A stretch of DNA of 64,000 bases from a bacterium (lineage in GTDB: Bacteria > RBG-13-61-14 > DATKZS01): the NCBI GenBank assembly GCA_963674965.2, contig CAXXFL010000005.1, positions 192,001-256,000 of the forward strand, written 5' to 3'. The translations under genes and the position numbers were made by a program. This document shows, one piece after another, positions 35,969-45,972 of this stretch; position 1 is the first letter of the stretch, and every line of letters begins with the position of its first letter. The notes below the pieces were generated by a model, which worked only from the letters and a program-made list of their open reading frames with translations, was not told where the DNA came from and ran no database searches.

Positions 35969-36199
35969 TTAATCGTCCCACGACGAGTTAGCGTCAACCC
36001 ATTTGATTGCATAGTAGTACCATCCGGCGGCAAGGAACAATCCGATCCCGGCGAAAGCTCTGGGGTCTATGAATCCGTAAATCGTCCCGACTATTCCCGC
36101 GACGACGCATAACCAGCAGAACACAAGCGCGACCCCCCGCGAGTTAATACCCCACAATCCCCAGTAAACAAGCTCCGGCATGCCTTTCTTTCTTTGCAT
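35969..36199 (-). CDS. Small Trp-rich membrane protein
   Basis: 76-aa ORF with a strong AAGGAGGT RBS and two TM segments. Confidence 0.7.
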   Translation of the reverse strand: MQRKKGMPELVYWGLWGINSRGVALVFCWLCVVAGIVGTIYGFIDPRAFAGIGLFLAAGWYYYAIKWVDANSSWDD

Positions 36200-36455
36200 T
36201 GCGATACCTCCTTGCTTTGGATGCCTTGTATCTTTACCTTTTGTGCCTTTATTAAATATATTCTACTGTCTCGGTCGTTTATAATCATTCCGTTTCCCAT
36301 AAAAGTTGCTCGCTAGTATTAGCTTCCTACATGCCGACCTGCTCCCCGCGGTCGCCCATATAGAGCTATAGTTTATCCTTTCGGCTAAAATAGAGCATTC
36401 TGAAACGCGAGACATTCCCGGAATATCAAACTCGCCGACCCGCTCGCTATGCTCG

Positions 36456-36482
36456 CCCATATAGCGTAGCTATATGGGTTAC
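36456..36482 (-). repeat. Variant REP-like palindrome
   Basis: On the minus strand: GTAA-CCCATATAG-CTACG-CTATATGGG. Confidence 0.6.
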
Positions 36483-36865
36483 TTATAATTCAAGACCCGT
36501 CAGTGGGTTACCTGTTGGAGAAGCAGTTGACAAATACAAGCATCAGCGGCAACGTAAGAGCTTGAGCGTTCATCAGCGTTCACTCCCGCGTTATGAGGGC
36601 CGATCACGCCTCTCATTATACGGGAAAAACTAGTGAACGCTATTTTTACATGGTGGAACATGGCTAAAAAGTTCTAAAGTTCAGTAAACATTATTATCAA
36701 TACATTATCTTTAACGGTTTCAATCGGGACTTGCCTTCAAAGACGTTGTAGTAAAAGAAGCGCGGCCCTGTTCCAGTACCGTAACGCGACACCCGCGCGG
36801 TTGGACGGGTCATCGCCCAGTGATCGGTCGGGCTTGAAGATGTTTTCGGGGGGACAAACAGCCGG

Positions 36866-37939
36866 TCAATAGGACCAGGGCTTGGGCATGAACAGTTCCT
36901 CGAAGACGTGGATGGCGTAGTCGTCGCTCATGCTGGCGATGAAGTCCACGGCCTCGCGCTCGACGTCGCAGGTCAGTTTTTCCTTTCCGGAAAGGGCGAG
37001 CAGGTCCTCGGGCTTGGACACGAAGCTTTCGTAGAGCTGGTGGATGATCCCGCGGGCCTTTCTGAACTCCCTCAGCACTTCCTCCCTCTCGTAGACGGTG
37101 TCGAAGAGGAAGTCCCGCATCCCCTCCATGGCGCCGAGAACGTCGGCGGACATGGCCACGGCGTTGGTCCCGAGCTTGGCCGTCTCGAGGATGATGTCCG
37201 TCACCATGGTGTTGATGCGGCTGGAGTTGGCGTGGCCCAGCACCTCGAGGAAACGGGAGGGCACGTCCTCAGCGCCGATCAGGCCAGCCTGGATGGCGTC
37301 CTGCAAATCGTGGTTGGTATAAGCCACGATGTCGGCCACCCTCACGATCTTGCCCTCCATGGTTTGGGGAAGCCCTTTTAGCTTGTCGCCCACGATGGGG
37401 TTTTTCCGGCCCTTCGAGTGCTTGAAGATGCCGTCCCGGACCTCCCAGGTCAGGTTGAGGCCCCGGCCGCCGAGGGCCAGCTTGTCCACCACCCTTAGGC
37501 TTTGCTCCCAGTGCTTGAAGCCCTTGCCGTAGACCTCGTTGAGGGCGAACTCGCCGGCGTGCCCGAAGGGCGTGTGGCCCAGGTCGTGGCCCAGGGCGAT
37601 GGCCTCGGTCAGGTCCTCGTTGAGGAAGAGGGCCTTGGAAATGGTGCGGGCTATCTGGCTGACCTCGATGGTATGGGTGAGCCGGGTGCGGTAATGGTCT
37701 CCCTTCGGGGCGAGGAAAACCTGGGTTTTGTGCTTGAGGCGGCGGAAGGCCTTCGAGTGAATGACGCGGTCGCGGTCGTGCTGGAAGTCGGGCCTCACGT
37801 GGCAGGGCGCCTCGGGGACTTTCCTTCCCCGGGACTGGTCGCTCTTGCAGGCCAACTCGGAAAGGGTCTCGTGCTCGAGGGCCTCGAGCCTTCGTCTGAT
37901 CTCCCCGTTTTTAACGTCCAACCTGGCGACTTTTTTCAT
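36866..37939 (-). CDS. dgt: Deoxyguanosinetriphosphate triphosphohydrolase (HD family)
   Basis: FQHDRDRVIHSKAFRRLKHKTQV, RTRLTHT and GHDLGHTPFGHAGE motifs. Confidence 0.95.
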   Translation of the reverse strand: MKKVARLDVKNGEIRRRLEALEHETLSELACKSDQSRGRKVPEAPCHVRPDFQHDRDRVIHSKAFRRLKHKTQVFLAPKGDHYRTRLTHTIEVSQIARTISKALFLNEDLTEAIALGHDLGHTPFGHAGEFALNEVYGKGFKHWEQSLRVVDKLALGGRGLNLTWEVRDGIFKHSKGRKNPIVGDKLKGLPQTMEGKIVRVADIVAYTNHDLQDAIQAGLIGAEDVPSRFLEVLGHANSSRINTMVTDIILETAKLGTNAVAMSADVLGAMEGMRDFLFDTVYEREEVLREFRKARGIIHQLYESFVSKPEDLLALSGKEKLTCDVEREAVDFIASMSDDYAIHVFEELFMPKPWSY

Positions 37940-38138
37940 GAGGTCCCTTATTTCTCTCGGGCGCGAGGCGCAAGGTTATGGCCATCCCCGCGTCCGGTTG
38001 ACCGATATTGTATACGCGGCGGTTGGCGAGGTCAAAGGGGAAACGGGAGATGGCCGGGGCAAATAGCGCGCGCCGCGGCGAGAAATTAAAAGCGGCCCGT
38101 CGTGAGCCGCTTTGTTTTCGATCTTCCTGATGGATTCG

Positions 38139-38588
38139 TCACGAGCCCTCCTCGAGGGCGCTTTTGAGCTTGTAATGGAGGTCTCGTCCGACCTCGACGT
38201 CCGTGCCGGGGACCCATTTCTCGCCCAGCCCGCCTTGCTCGAGTATCTCGCACTGGGCCTTGGACTTGATCGAGCGCCGGTCGGGCGCGAACTGGACGAT
38301 GGCCCGGCAGCGGTAATCTAGCCTTTCCTCTCCCGTGGCCTCATAGTTCCAGTCGGTCTCGATATAGCCCCGCTCCTTTTCGGCTTGCTCGTAGAAGTAG
38401 CGGTTGGAGTCCAACACGTCGTTTACGATGGCCCAGGCCTGGTCGTAGGTCATTTCGTCCGCCAGCAGGATTTCCATTTGCCCTCCGGTCGTTATGGGAA
38501 CGTAACCTTCCGGCTTTTGGGTGGACTCGCATTGGCAGACTATGGCCGCGAGCAGTATTACGGGTATGGCAAGTAATTTCCCTCGCAT
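38139..38588 (-). CDS. Hypothetical lipoprotein
   Basis: AGGAGG RBS. Signal peptide MRGKLLAIPVILLAAIVCQC. GYIETDW motif. Confidence 0.65.
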   Translation of the reverse strand: MRGKLLAIPVILLAAIVCQCESTQKPEGYVPITTGGQMEILLADEMTYDQAWAIVNDVLDSNRYFYEQAEKERGYIETDWNYEATGEERLDYRCRAIVQFAPDRRSIKSKAQCEILEQGGLGEKWVPGTDVEVGRDLHYKLKSALEEGS

Positions 38589-38737
38589 GGGTTGCCTCCT
38601 TTTAAAATTGGACAACTGGCGGCATGCCCCGGTTTCGATCGAGACTTCTTTATATCCCCCACTAAAGAGTAGGATAACATTTTTTTGTGATTTCTCCAGT
38701 CCAGGGCCAAGGAGCCTGAAAGATGGGGATTATTCCG

Positions 38738-40486
38738 TCAGCGCCTTCTTGGGCCGCCTCGATCTTTGGCCTTGAAAACCCAGATCGAGTGGCCGATTAC
38801 GCGGTCGGGATTATCGCGCAAGTAATTGGAATAGCTGGATGCGTCACTCCAATAGATTTCTTCTTTATCGCTCACGAAATAGGGGAGTCCAAGCAACAGG
38901 CTGGCGCTGACGGCCACGACGTCGCAGTTCCCGTCTTCTCGCGGCAACCGGTGTTGGATACCGTAAACCGCGGGATGGACCCGGCCGAAATAGGCCAGGC
39001 AAATCTCGTCCACCCCCTCGTCCTCCATGTATTTTTTCAGGCCGATCAGGTCCTGGCCCCAGTCCAGGTTGGAGTCGGCCAGGATTTTATATCCGTTCGC
39101 CGAGCCTCCGGCGAAGAGATTAAAATAAGGGATGTAATGAGGATATGCCAGCAGGTTGGATGCTCCGTGACAAACGACCAGGGCCGCCACCGCCGCTCTC
39201 GCCGCCTTGCGCGGGGGGGATATGGCCCAAAGCGTTCTCGAGCACAGGATGAAAAGGAATGGGAACGCGGGCATAACGTAGCGGACGCCTATATTGATGT
39301 GGGTGAAAAAGGTTATGCCCGCGACGAGAACGAGGGGCGGCGCGATAATGAATATCTCGTCGGGCGCGGGCCTGAGTTTTTTGGAGAAGAAGGTCGCGAT
39401 CGAGAAAAGTAGCAGTAAGATGGAGGGAGCGGTCATTTTCACGGCCATGGCCAGGGGATAGTAATATACGCGTTCTTGCCTCGAGACTTCGCCGAGAAGG
39501 TAAACGGGGTAATTCCCCTCGTTCTCCTGGCTTTGAAGGTCGAACCCCCTCACGTAGTCGTAAGAAGCGGGAAGGGGAAGCCGGTCGGGAAGCAAGGCGG
39601 CGATCCCGGTCATGAAGGCGCTTTTAAATTGATAGTCGCCCATGGCGGTCCCGAAGCCATGCCATAAATAGCCGGAGTTCAGCGTGATGAAGGCCGCGGC
39701 CAGAAAGGCGGCTATCTTGGGCAGGGCTTTCTTGAAAGGGGGCTTGGGAGACCCCATCAAGTAATCGGTGATGGACAGGGCGGGCAGAAGCCCCAGCAGG
39801 ATGATGGAGGTGAACTTGACCAGAAGGGCAAGGCCCAGGGCGGTCCCCGCCGCCAGGGCGCGGGGCCAGGTGACGTTTCTGCAAAAGCGCCAGAATAAAA
39901 ATACGGCCAGGGACAAAAAGAAGGCCTCGCCCACGTCGGTGGTGACCAGCCGGGCGTGGGCCATCATGGTGGGACAAAGGGCCGTGAGCAAGGCGGCGGT
40001 TAAGCCGGCCGCGGCGCCGTAAAGCCCTCTTGCCCACCACCACGCAAGAAGCGCCAGGGCGGCCCCGAAAAGCACGGTCATGAGGCGGGCCTTGACGAAA
40101 ATCTCCTGATAGAGACCCTGGTTGTCCGCCATGAACTCGTAACCCATGAGCCAGTGGTTGCCTTCCCGCCAGCCGGAACGCAGCGGGACTTTGACCTCCC
40201 CTACCATTAAGGGCAAGGCGCAGATGGCCCTCATCAGGGGAGGGTTGTGCGGATAGAGCCTGAAGTCGCCGGTCTTTAAATAGGACGCGCCGGCGGGAAG
40301 GTGGGCGAACTCGTCGATGGTGACCGACTTTCCCGCCAGGCTGGAGACGGCGAGAAAAAAATAAAGGGCCAGTAAAAATATTAAGGCCGCCAGTTCCAGC
40401 CTCGTCGGCCGAGGGGGGCTATTCCTATTATCTCGCTCATTTGCTTCCTTGTTGGTCTTCATCTTTCCTTTTTCACCTTCGCTCAT
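38738..40486 (-). CDS. Glycosyltransferase family 39 (ArnT/PMT-like) membrane protein
   Basis: TIDEFAHLPAG, HNPPL, HARLVTTD, NIGVRY and DSNLDWGQDL motifs. Confidence 0.85.
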   Translation of the reverse strand: MSEGEKGKMKTNKEANERDNRNSPPRPTRLELAALIFLLALYFFLAVSSLAGKSVTIDEFAHLPAGASYLKTGDFRLYPHNPPLMRAICALPLMVGEVKVPLRSGWREGNHWLMGYEFMADNQGLYQEIFVKARLMTVLFGAALALLAWWWARGLYGAAAGLTAALLTALCPTMMAHARLVTTDVGEAFFLSLAVFLFWRFCRNVTWPRALAAGTALGLALLVKFTSIILLGLLPALSITDYLMGSPKPPFKKALPKIAAFLAAAFITLNSGYLWHGFGTAMGDYQFKSAFMTGIAALLPDRLPLPASYDYVRGFDLQSQENEGNYPVYLLGEVSRQERVYYYPLAMAVKMTAPSILLLLFSIATFFSKKLRPAPDEIFIIAPPLVLVAGITFFTHINIGVRYVMPAFPFLFILCSRTLWAISPPRKAARAAVAALVVCHGASNLLAYPHYIPYFNLFAGGSANGYKILADSNLDWGQDLIGLKKYMEDEGVDEICLAYFGRVHPAVYGIQHRLPREDGNCDVVAVSASLLLGLPYFVSDKEEIYWSDASSYSNYLRDNPDRVIGHSIWVFKAKDRGGPRRR

Positions 40487-40630
40487 GTCCTGAATCTATA
40501 ACACCCCCGCGCCCGCGATGCCACTTCCATCCGGAGCATCGTTGAAATTCAATTCCAGACGCGTTAGTTTGAATGAGTTGGCTGGGAAAGACCGCGGCCG
40601 GAAATGGACCGGCCGCAAGGAGGAGGACCA

Positions 40631-42766
40631 ATGGCGGATCAACCCGGGCAAAGCGCGATAAAAAGCTTCATTACCTTGCTCAGTTTTTTAATTGCCCTGG
40701 CGCTGGCGACGTACAAGCTTTACGACGCCGTTGGCCGCTTGAATCCCAGGGAAGACGCTTGGAGTAAATACGCGATGGCAAACGGTCCTTACGTTCTGGA
40801 CGTGAACTCGACCCTTGGCCGCCTCCTTTCGGAGGAGGACACGGACCACGACGACAAGATAACCATTGACGACGAGGAAAAGGGGGACGGGAGCAAAGGT
40901 GACAAGGTCTTCGTCATGAAAGACAAGAGCGGTTCCGAGCTGAGGGTAAGGGGGACCTACGCGTTGTCCGTCCTCCTCCAGGAATTGTCGCTCGCTCGGG
41001 ACTCGGGCAAGGACATGCTCGCGTTGCCGCGGAGCATTCTCGAGGAGGACCCGGTCGCCAGGATATCAAGGCTCATCCGGACCATGTACTGGGACAACCT
41101 CACCCGGCGGGTGGACGCCGGCGGGCTCTTGCTTTTGTCCCGCGACGAAAAGTCGGTTTCCCGGGACGGGGCCATCCGGGTCTACGTTCCGCCGGACGAT
41201 CCCGGGGCGATAGCTTATTTCCAGTCGGCCGCCGCCGGGGACCCGGAACTGGAGGTAAAGGTCGAGATACTGCCGGAGAAAATAACACCCGAGTACGTCC
41301 GGTCCCTTGACGGAAAGCACGGCGTCTTGACGCTTCGGCTGGAGGAGGGACCCGATGGCAAGGGCCTTCGGGGAACTCCCTTCGTGGCCCCGGGCGGACG
41401 CTTTAACGAGATGTACGGCTGGGACAGCTATTTCGAGGCCCTGGGACTGATCCAGGACGGACGGCTCGATCTGGCCCAGGCCATGGTGGACAACTTCGTC
41501 TACCAGATAAACCATTACGGCAAGATATTGAACGCCAACCGCACCTATTACCTTACCCGCTCTCAGCCCCCCTTTTTGACCTCGATGGCCATGGCCGTTT
41601 ACAGGGCCGGCGTTGACAAGTCGGGCGATTCCCCGGCCAAAAGGGAATGGCTGGCGACTGCCCTTCTCGCGGCCATTAAGGAATACGACCAGGTCTGGAT
41701 ATCCTCGCCCCGGGCCATGAAAATGGGATTGTCGCGCTATTACGGGGAGGGCCAGGGGCCGTGTCCCGAGGTCGAGCCCGGCCATTACGACGAGATACTG
41801 AAGCCCTACGCGGACAAGGTGGGCGTCTCGCCGGCGGAGTACCTCGAAGGATACCTGGCGGGAACGTATCGGGACAAAACACTCGAGGAATTCTTCGTCC
41901 ACGACCGCTCGGTCCGGGAGTCCGGGCACGACACCACCTACCGGTTCGACGACCGGACGGCGGACTTCGCCACCGTTGATTTGAATTCACTTCTCTACAA
42001 GTACGAGACGGACCTGGCCTGGGCCATCGCGAATATCTTCCAAGACGGAGACTCCCTGGGCCCGGCCGGCGCGGCCCTGGCGCTGGAATCGGCGGAAAAA
42101 TGGGAGGAGAGGGCGAAGGACCGAAGGCTGGCCGCGGACCGGTACCTGTGGGACGGGGAGAAGGGCATGTACTTCGACTACGACGCGTCGAGGAGGCGGA
42201 CCTCGGACTACGTCAGCGCGGCGGCGTTTTATCCGCTCTGGGCCGGGCTGGCGAGCGAGGAGCAGGCGAGGAGAGTGGTGGAGAACGCCCTGCCCCTTTT
42301 GGAGGAGCCCGGCGGCGTCGCCGCCTCCACCGAGGACTCGAGGGGACCCATAACCGCCGAGCGTCCCCAGCGCCAATGGGACTACCCTTACGGATGGGCC
42401 CCTCACCAGATGCTGGTATGGGAGGGGCTGAGAAAACACGGTTACGGCCGGGAGGCCGACCGGCTGACCTACAAGTGGCTTTACATGATCACCCGAAACG
42501 CCGCCGACTATAACGGGACCATCCCCGAGAAATACGACGTGGTGAGCATGACCCATCGGATTTTCGCCGAGTACGGCAACGTGGGGACCAAGTTCAGCTA
42601 CGTTACCAAGGAGGGTTTCGGCTGGATGAACGCCTCTTATCAGGTGGGCCTTGCCTCCCTGCCGGATGAATTGAAGGACAAATTGAAAAAACTGACGCCG
42701 CCGGAGGAGGCGCTAAGCCAGGACCAAGCCGAGTCTAAGGCGGGGCTTCCAGAACGTCGAGAATGA
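40631..42766 (+). CDS. Alpha,alpha-trehalase (GH37) with an N-terminal anchor and Ca-binding motif
   Basis: PGGRFNEMYGWDSY, NANRTYYLTRSQPP, RESGHD and QWDYPYGWAPHQ motifs, plus EDTDHDDKITIDD. AGGAGG RBS before 40631. Confidence 0.92.
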   Translation: MADQPGQSAIKSFITLLSFLIALALATYKLYDAVGRLNPREDAWSKYAMANGPYVLDVNSTLGRLLSEEDTDHDDKITIDDEEKGDGSKGDKVFVMKDKSGSELRVRGTYALSVLLQELSLARDSGKDMLALPRSILEEDPVARISRLIRTMYWDNLTRRVDAGGLLLLSRDEKSVSRDGAIRVYVPPDDPGAIAYFQSAAAGDPELEVKVEILPEKITPEYVRSLDGKHGVLTLRLEEGPDGKGLRGTPFVAPGGRFNEMYGWDSYFEALGLIQDGRLDLAQAMVDNFVYQINHYGKILNANRTYYLTRSQPPFLTSMAMAVYRAGVDKSGDSPAKREWLATALLAAIKEYDQVWISSPRAMKMGLSRYYGEGQGPCPEVEPGHYDEILKPYADKVGVSPAEYLEGYLAGTYRDKTLEEFFVHDRSVRESGHDTTYRFDDRTADFATVDLNSLLYKYETDLAWAIANIFQDGDSLGPAGAALALESAEKWEERAKDRRLAADRYLWDGEKGMYFDYDASRRRTSDYVSAAAFYPLWAGLASEEQARRVVENALPLLEEPGGVAASTEDSRGPITAERPQRQWDYPYGWAPHQMLVWEGLRKHGYGREADRLTYKWLYMITRNAADYNGTIPEKYDVVSMTHRIFAEYGNVGTKFSYVTKEGFGWMNASYQVGLASLPDELKDKLKKLTPPEEALSQDQAESKAGLPERRE

Positions 42767-45218
42767 AGTAGAACTCGCTTCCTCTTCCCGGCTCGCTTTC
42801 CGCTCCGATCTCGCCCTTGTGATAGTCGATGATCTCCTTGGCAAGGGCCAGGCCAAGACCGCTTCCCTCGCCCTTGTCCCTTTGCTCCTTGTGGGCCTGG
42901 TGGAACTTGTCGAACACGAAGGGAAGTTCCTCCGCGGGGATGCCCTTGCCGTTGTCCCTTACGAAGACCTTGACCCTGTGGCCGCCGTCCGGTCCCGGGA
43001 TTATTTTGGTCCCGACGGCGACGCTTCCGCCCTGGGGGGTAAACTTGACGGCGTTCGAGGCCAGGTTGGAAAGCACCTGGGCCAGTCGGTCTCGATGTCC
43101 CTTGACCATGACCGGGCCCGTGGGGGCGATCTCGCCTAGCTCGACGTTCTTGGCCTCGGCGGCGGCCGTGAAGACGTTGACGCAATCCAGGGTCAGTTCG
43201 GTCACGTCAACCTCCTCGAACTCGAGCGAGATTCTGCCCGCCTCGAAGCGCTGGAGATCGAGCAGGTCGTTAATGAGCCTGGTGAGTCTCTCGCCCTCCT
43301 TGATGATGATGGAAAGGTACTCCTTTTGCGCCTCCGGCTTCAGTTGTTCGAGCCGGTCGAAGAGCACGTAGGCGTAACCCATGATGCCGGTCATGGGCGT
43401 GCGCAGGTCGTGGGAGACCATGTGGAGAAGGTTGTCCTTCAACTCGTTTACCCTCTGCAGTTCCCGATAGGAGGTCTCGAGCTCGATCATGCTTTTGAGT
43501 TCCTCGACTTTTCTGGCGTTCTCGATGGACACCGCCGTCTGAAGCATCAGGGTCTCGAGCAGCTCAATGTCCTCGCTCGAGTAAAGGCCCCCCGACTTTT
43601 TCTCGCCCAGGAAAAGGGCCCCGATGATTTTGTCCTCATACGGGACGGGCACGGCCAGCGCGGCCTTGTAGTCGTTCATGGCCTCGATGCATTTCAATAT
43701 GTCATCTCTTTGCTCCCCGTCCTCGCTCCCGTATCGAAGCTGAAAGGGGCGCCGCTTGCTTTCCAGCCTGGCGGGCAGGGGGTGGTCCGGCGCGAGATCG
43801 GGCAAGCCCGCGTCCGTTCCATGGCCCAGGGAGGCGACGGGTTTTAAAACGCCCTCGATGGGATCGAGCAGCATAATAAGGCCCCGCTCGATTTTCATGG
43901 ACTCGATCGTCACCTCGAGTATCCGGTCGAGAAGCGGCTGAAGCTCGACGATGCTGACGAGGACGGCGCTGGCCTTGCGGATGGTTTGCTGGTACTCGTG
44001 GGCGTCGCGGAAAAAGCGCCGGTCCAGGAAGCCGTCGATCCTGTTGTGCATGGGCCGGAAAAGGGCCATGACCACGATGGTGGAGACGATGGCCGCGAGC
44101 TGGGAGGACTGGCCGGTGAATTTATTGAGCAGGACGCTCAGGGCCCCGATGAGAAGGAAGAATATGGCCGCCACCAGGCCGCTGACGATGATATAGCCCG
44201 CGCTCCGGCGGATGAAGACGTCCACGTCGAAAAGGTTGTTGGCCACGATGGCGTAGCCCATGGAAAAGGGTATCGCCGCCAGGAAGGGCAGGCCCCAGAA
44301 AAAGCTTATCTTGCTGAAAAGGACCGTGCCCACGATTATGGTCGCGCCGGCCAGGAAGGCCGTCACCAACCCGTAGATGACCATCTTGGACTTCTGCCGG
44401 GCCGCCGCGTCGGCCGATGAGTTGAACGACCGGACCATGAGGTACGTGCCGATCGAGCCGGTTATAACCATGTTGCCGTTGTGGACGGCGTCGAGGACGC
44501 GAAACAGCGCCGGGTCCATGAAGAAGTAGTTGTAAAGGAAAATGATCGCCCCGGACGAAACGGCCGCGTAGGCCAAAAGGTATCGCCTGATCGAACTGAC
44601 CACGGGGAAATAGCATCCCACCAGTAAAAAGGAGGGACCGATGAGGGGTAGGGTCTTGAGCATGAGCGAATTGGCGTGGTTGGTACAGTGCTCGGGAGCG
44701 GCGGCGAAACTTATTCCCCCCGCGAGGCAAAGAAAAAGAAAGGACCGGCTCGCGGCCAGGTTGGGCCTTAAATAAAACACGATGAGGCCCACGATGAAAA
44801 AGGCCCCTCCCGCGGCGATGCATATTATAAAGATGATGAAATAGTCGGCCCCGCTGAACCTGTCCACCGGTATGGACAGTTCCATTTCCCTGCCACCCCG
44901 GTTGATGGAGTAATTGACCGGAGTTCCCGGCTCGAGGGACGAAACCATGGCGTTGATCTCGTCCCCATTCGAGACGGGCGTTCCGTTGACCCGCTCGACG
45001 ACGTCGCCGAACTTGATCCCCCGCTGGAAGCCCTCCCACTCGGGAAGCCAGAGAACGGCGACGAACCGGTTCTGCATGACCAGGAAGCCGGGAAAAGGAC
45101 GGCCGAGCCATGAGGTGGTGGCGGCGAAGCTGAAAACGATCAGCGCCACGAAGCCCGAGGCCAGGGTGAAGACGATGGCGTTCCTGATCGCGTTTGATAT
45201 CCTGATCGGGTTAGTCAT
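42735..45218 (-). CDS. Membrane sensor histidine kinase (PDZ, multi-TM, GAF, HisKA, HATPase)
   Basis: GDVVERVNG (PDZ), GEKKSGGLYSSEDIELL (GAF), SHDLRTP, NAVKFT, DNGKGI and GSGLGL motifs. Confidence 0.9.
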   Translation of the reverse strand: MTNPIRISNAIRNAIVFTLASGFVALIVFSFAATTSWLGRPFPGFLVMQNRFVAVLWLPEWEGFQRGIKFGDVVERVNGTPVSNGDEINAMVSSLEPGTPVNYSINRGGREMELSIPVDRFSGADYFIIFIICIAAGGAFFIVGLIVFYLRPNLAASRSFLFLCLAGGISFAAAPEHCTNHANSLMLKTLPLIGPSFLLVGCYFPVVSSIRRYLLAYAAVSSGAIIFLYNYFFMDPALFRVLDAVHNGNMVITGSIGTYLMVRSFNSSADAAARQKSKMVIYGLVTAFLAGATIIVGTVLFSKISFFWGLPFLAAIPFSMGYAIVANNLFDVDVFIRRSAGYIIVSGLVAAIFFLLIGALSVLLNKFTGQSSQLAAIVSTIVVMALFRPMHNRIDGFLDRRFFRDAHEYQQTIRKASAVLVSIVELQPLLDRILEVTIESMKIERGLIMLLDPIEGVLKPVASLGHGTDAGLPDLAPDHPLPARLESKRRPFQLRYGSEDGEQRDDILKCIEAMNDYKAALAVPVPYEDKIIGALFLGEKKSGGLYSSEDIELLETLMLQTAVSIENARKVEELKSMIELETSYRELQRVNELKDNLLHMVSHDLRTPMTGIMGYAYVLFDRLEQLKPEAQKEYLSIIIKEGERLTRLINDLLDLQRFEAGRISLEFEEVDVTELTLDCVNVFTAAAEAKNVELGEIAPTGPVMVKGHRDRLAQVLSNLASNAVKFTPQGGSVAVGTKIIPGPDGGHRVKVFVRDNGKGIPAEELPFVFDKFHQAHKEQRDKGEGSGLGLALAKEIIDYHKGEIGAESEPGRGSEFYFILDVLEAPP

Positions 45219-45320
45219 GTGATTCGGCCCGAAACGGCTTTTTGCCGACGGTCAAAATAAGATAGCTCGCGCCCATCAAGATCGCAATTATGGGCTTTCT
45301 TAAATTTTCGGGACGCCGTC

Positions 45321-45734
45321 TCAGGCCTGGGCTTTTATTTGCTTCGCCCTCGAGCCGGCCGCCCCTCCCCTTTGCAGCATGGATTTAACCTTGCTCTCCA
45401 GCTCCGAGGGGTTGAAAGGCTTGTTCATAATATCGTCGGCGCCGGCCTTGCTCATGGCCGTCTGGGCCGTTATGCCCGTGCGCGAGGTCAGGAAAAGCAC
45501 CTTGATGCTTTCCCCGAAAGGGTTGGCCTTGATGTTCTTGCACACCTCGTAGCCCGTGAGCTTGGGCATCATAACGTCGAGGATGACCAGATCGGGCTTC
45601 TTGGAAATGGCCTCCTCCAGGGCGTCCCGCCCGTTGTCGGCCTCGAAAAGCTCGTAGTCCGAGCCCTCCAGGCTGAGCCTGACCAATCGCCTGATGTCCT
45701 CGTTGTCCTCGGCGATTAAAATTTTCTTCGCCAT
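45321..45734 (-). CDS. Single-domain response regulator (receiver)
   Basis: ILIAEDN, LDVMMP and KPF motifs. Confidence 0.92.
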   Translation of the reverse strand: MAKKILIAEDNEDIRRLVRLSLEGSDYELFEADNGRDALEEAISKKPDLVILDVMMPKLTGYEVCKNIKANPFGESIKVLFLTSRTGITAQTAMSKAGADDIMNKPFNPSELESKVKSMLQRGGAAGSRAKQIKAQA

Positions 45735-45943
45735 CTCAATTCCCCCTTGAAGCGGCGGCTGAACCGATTTATCAGGAAGCTCCCGTCAAAAAAGGTGCAA
45801 AAAGCGATTTCCCCTCATCACTTAGTCGACCTTTACGACCACGCCTGATAACGATTATTTTCCTCCGGAAAGGAAGCTCGTTTAGGATGGTTCTCGCGGG
45901 TTGCCTGAACCTTTTCGAAAAAATGCCCCGTATCGAAGAAAAG

Positions 45944-45972
45944 ATTCTTGCACTATTGCATCATTTTGTCAA
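45944..45972 (-). promoter_or_regulatory. Putative sigma70 promoter for the response regulator/kinase pair
   Basis: Minus strand TTGACA-N17-AAGAAT with TG upstream of the -10. Confidence 0.45.

Noticed and set aside
36263-36460. 65-aa minus-strand ORF and overlapping short ORFs in the island
   Set aside because: No RBS or family motif, and they overlap REP-like palindromes, so they are probably spurious.
32586-36860. Integron cassette array
   Set aside because: There is no intI, gene orientations are mixed, and the TAACGCCCC repeats lack a matching RYYYAAC...GTTRRRY attC structure.
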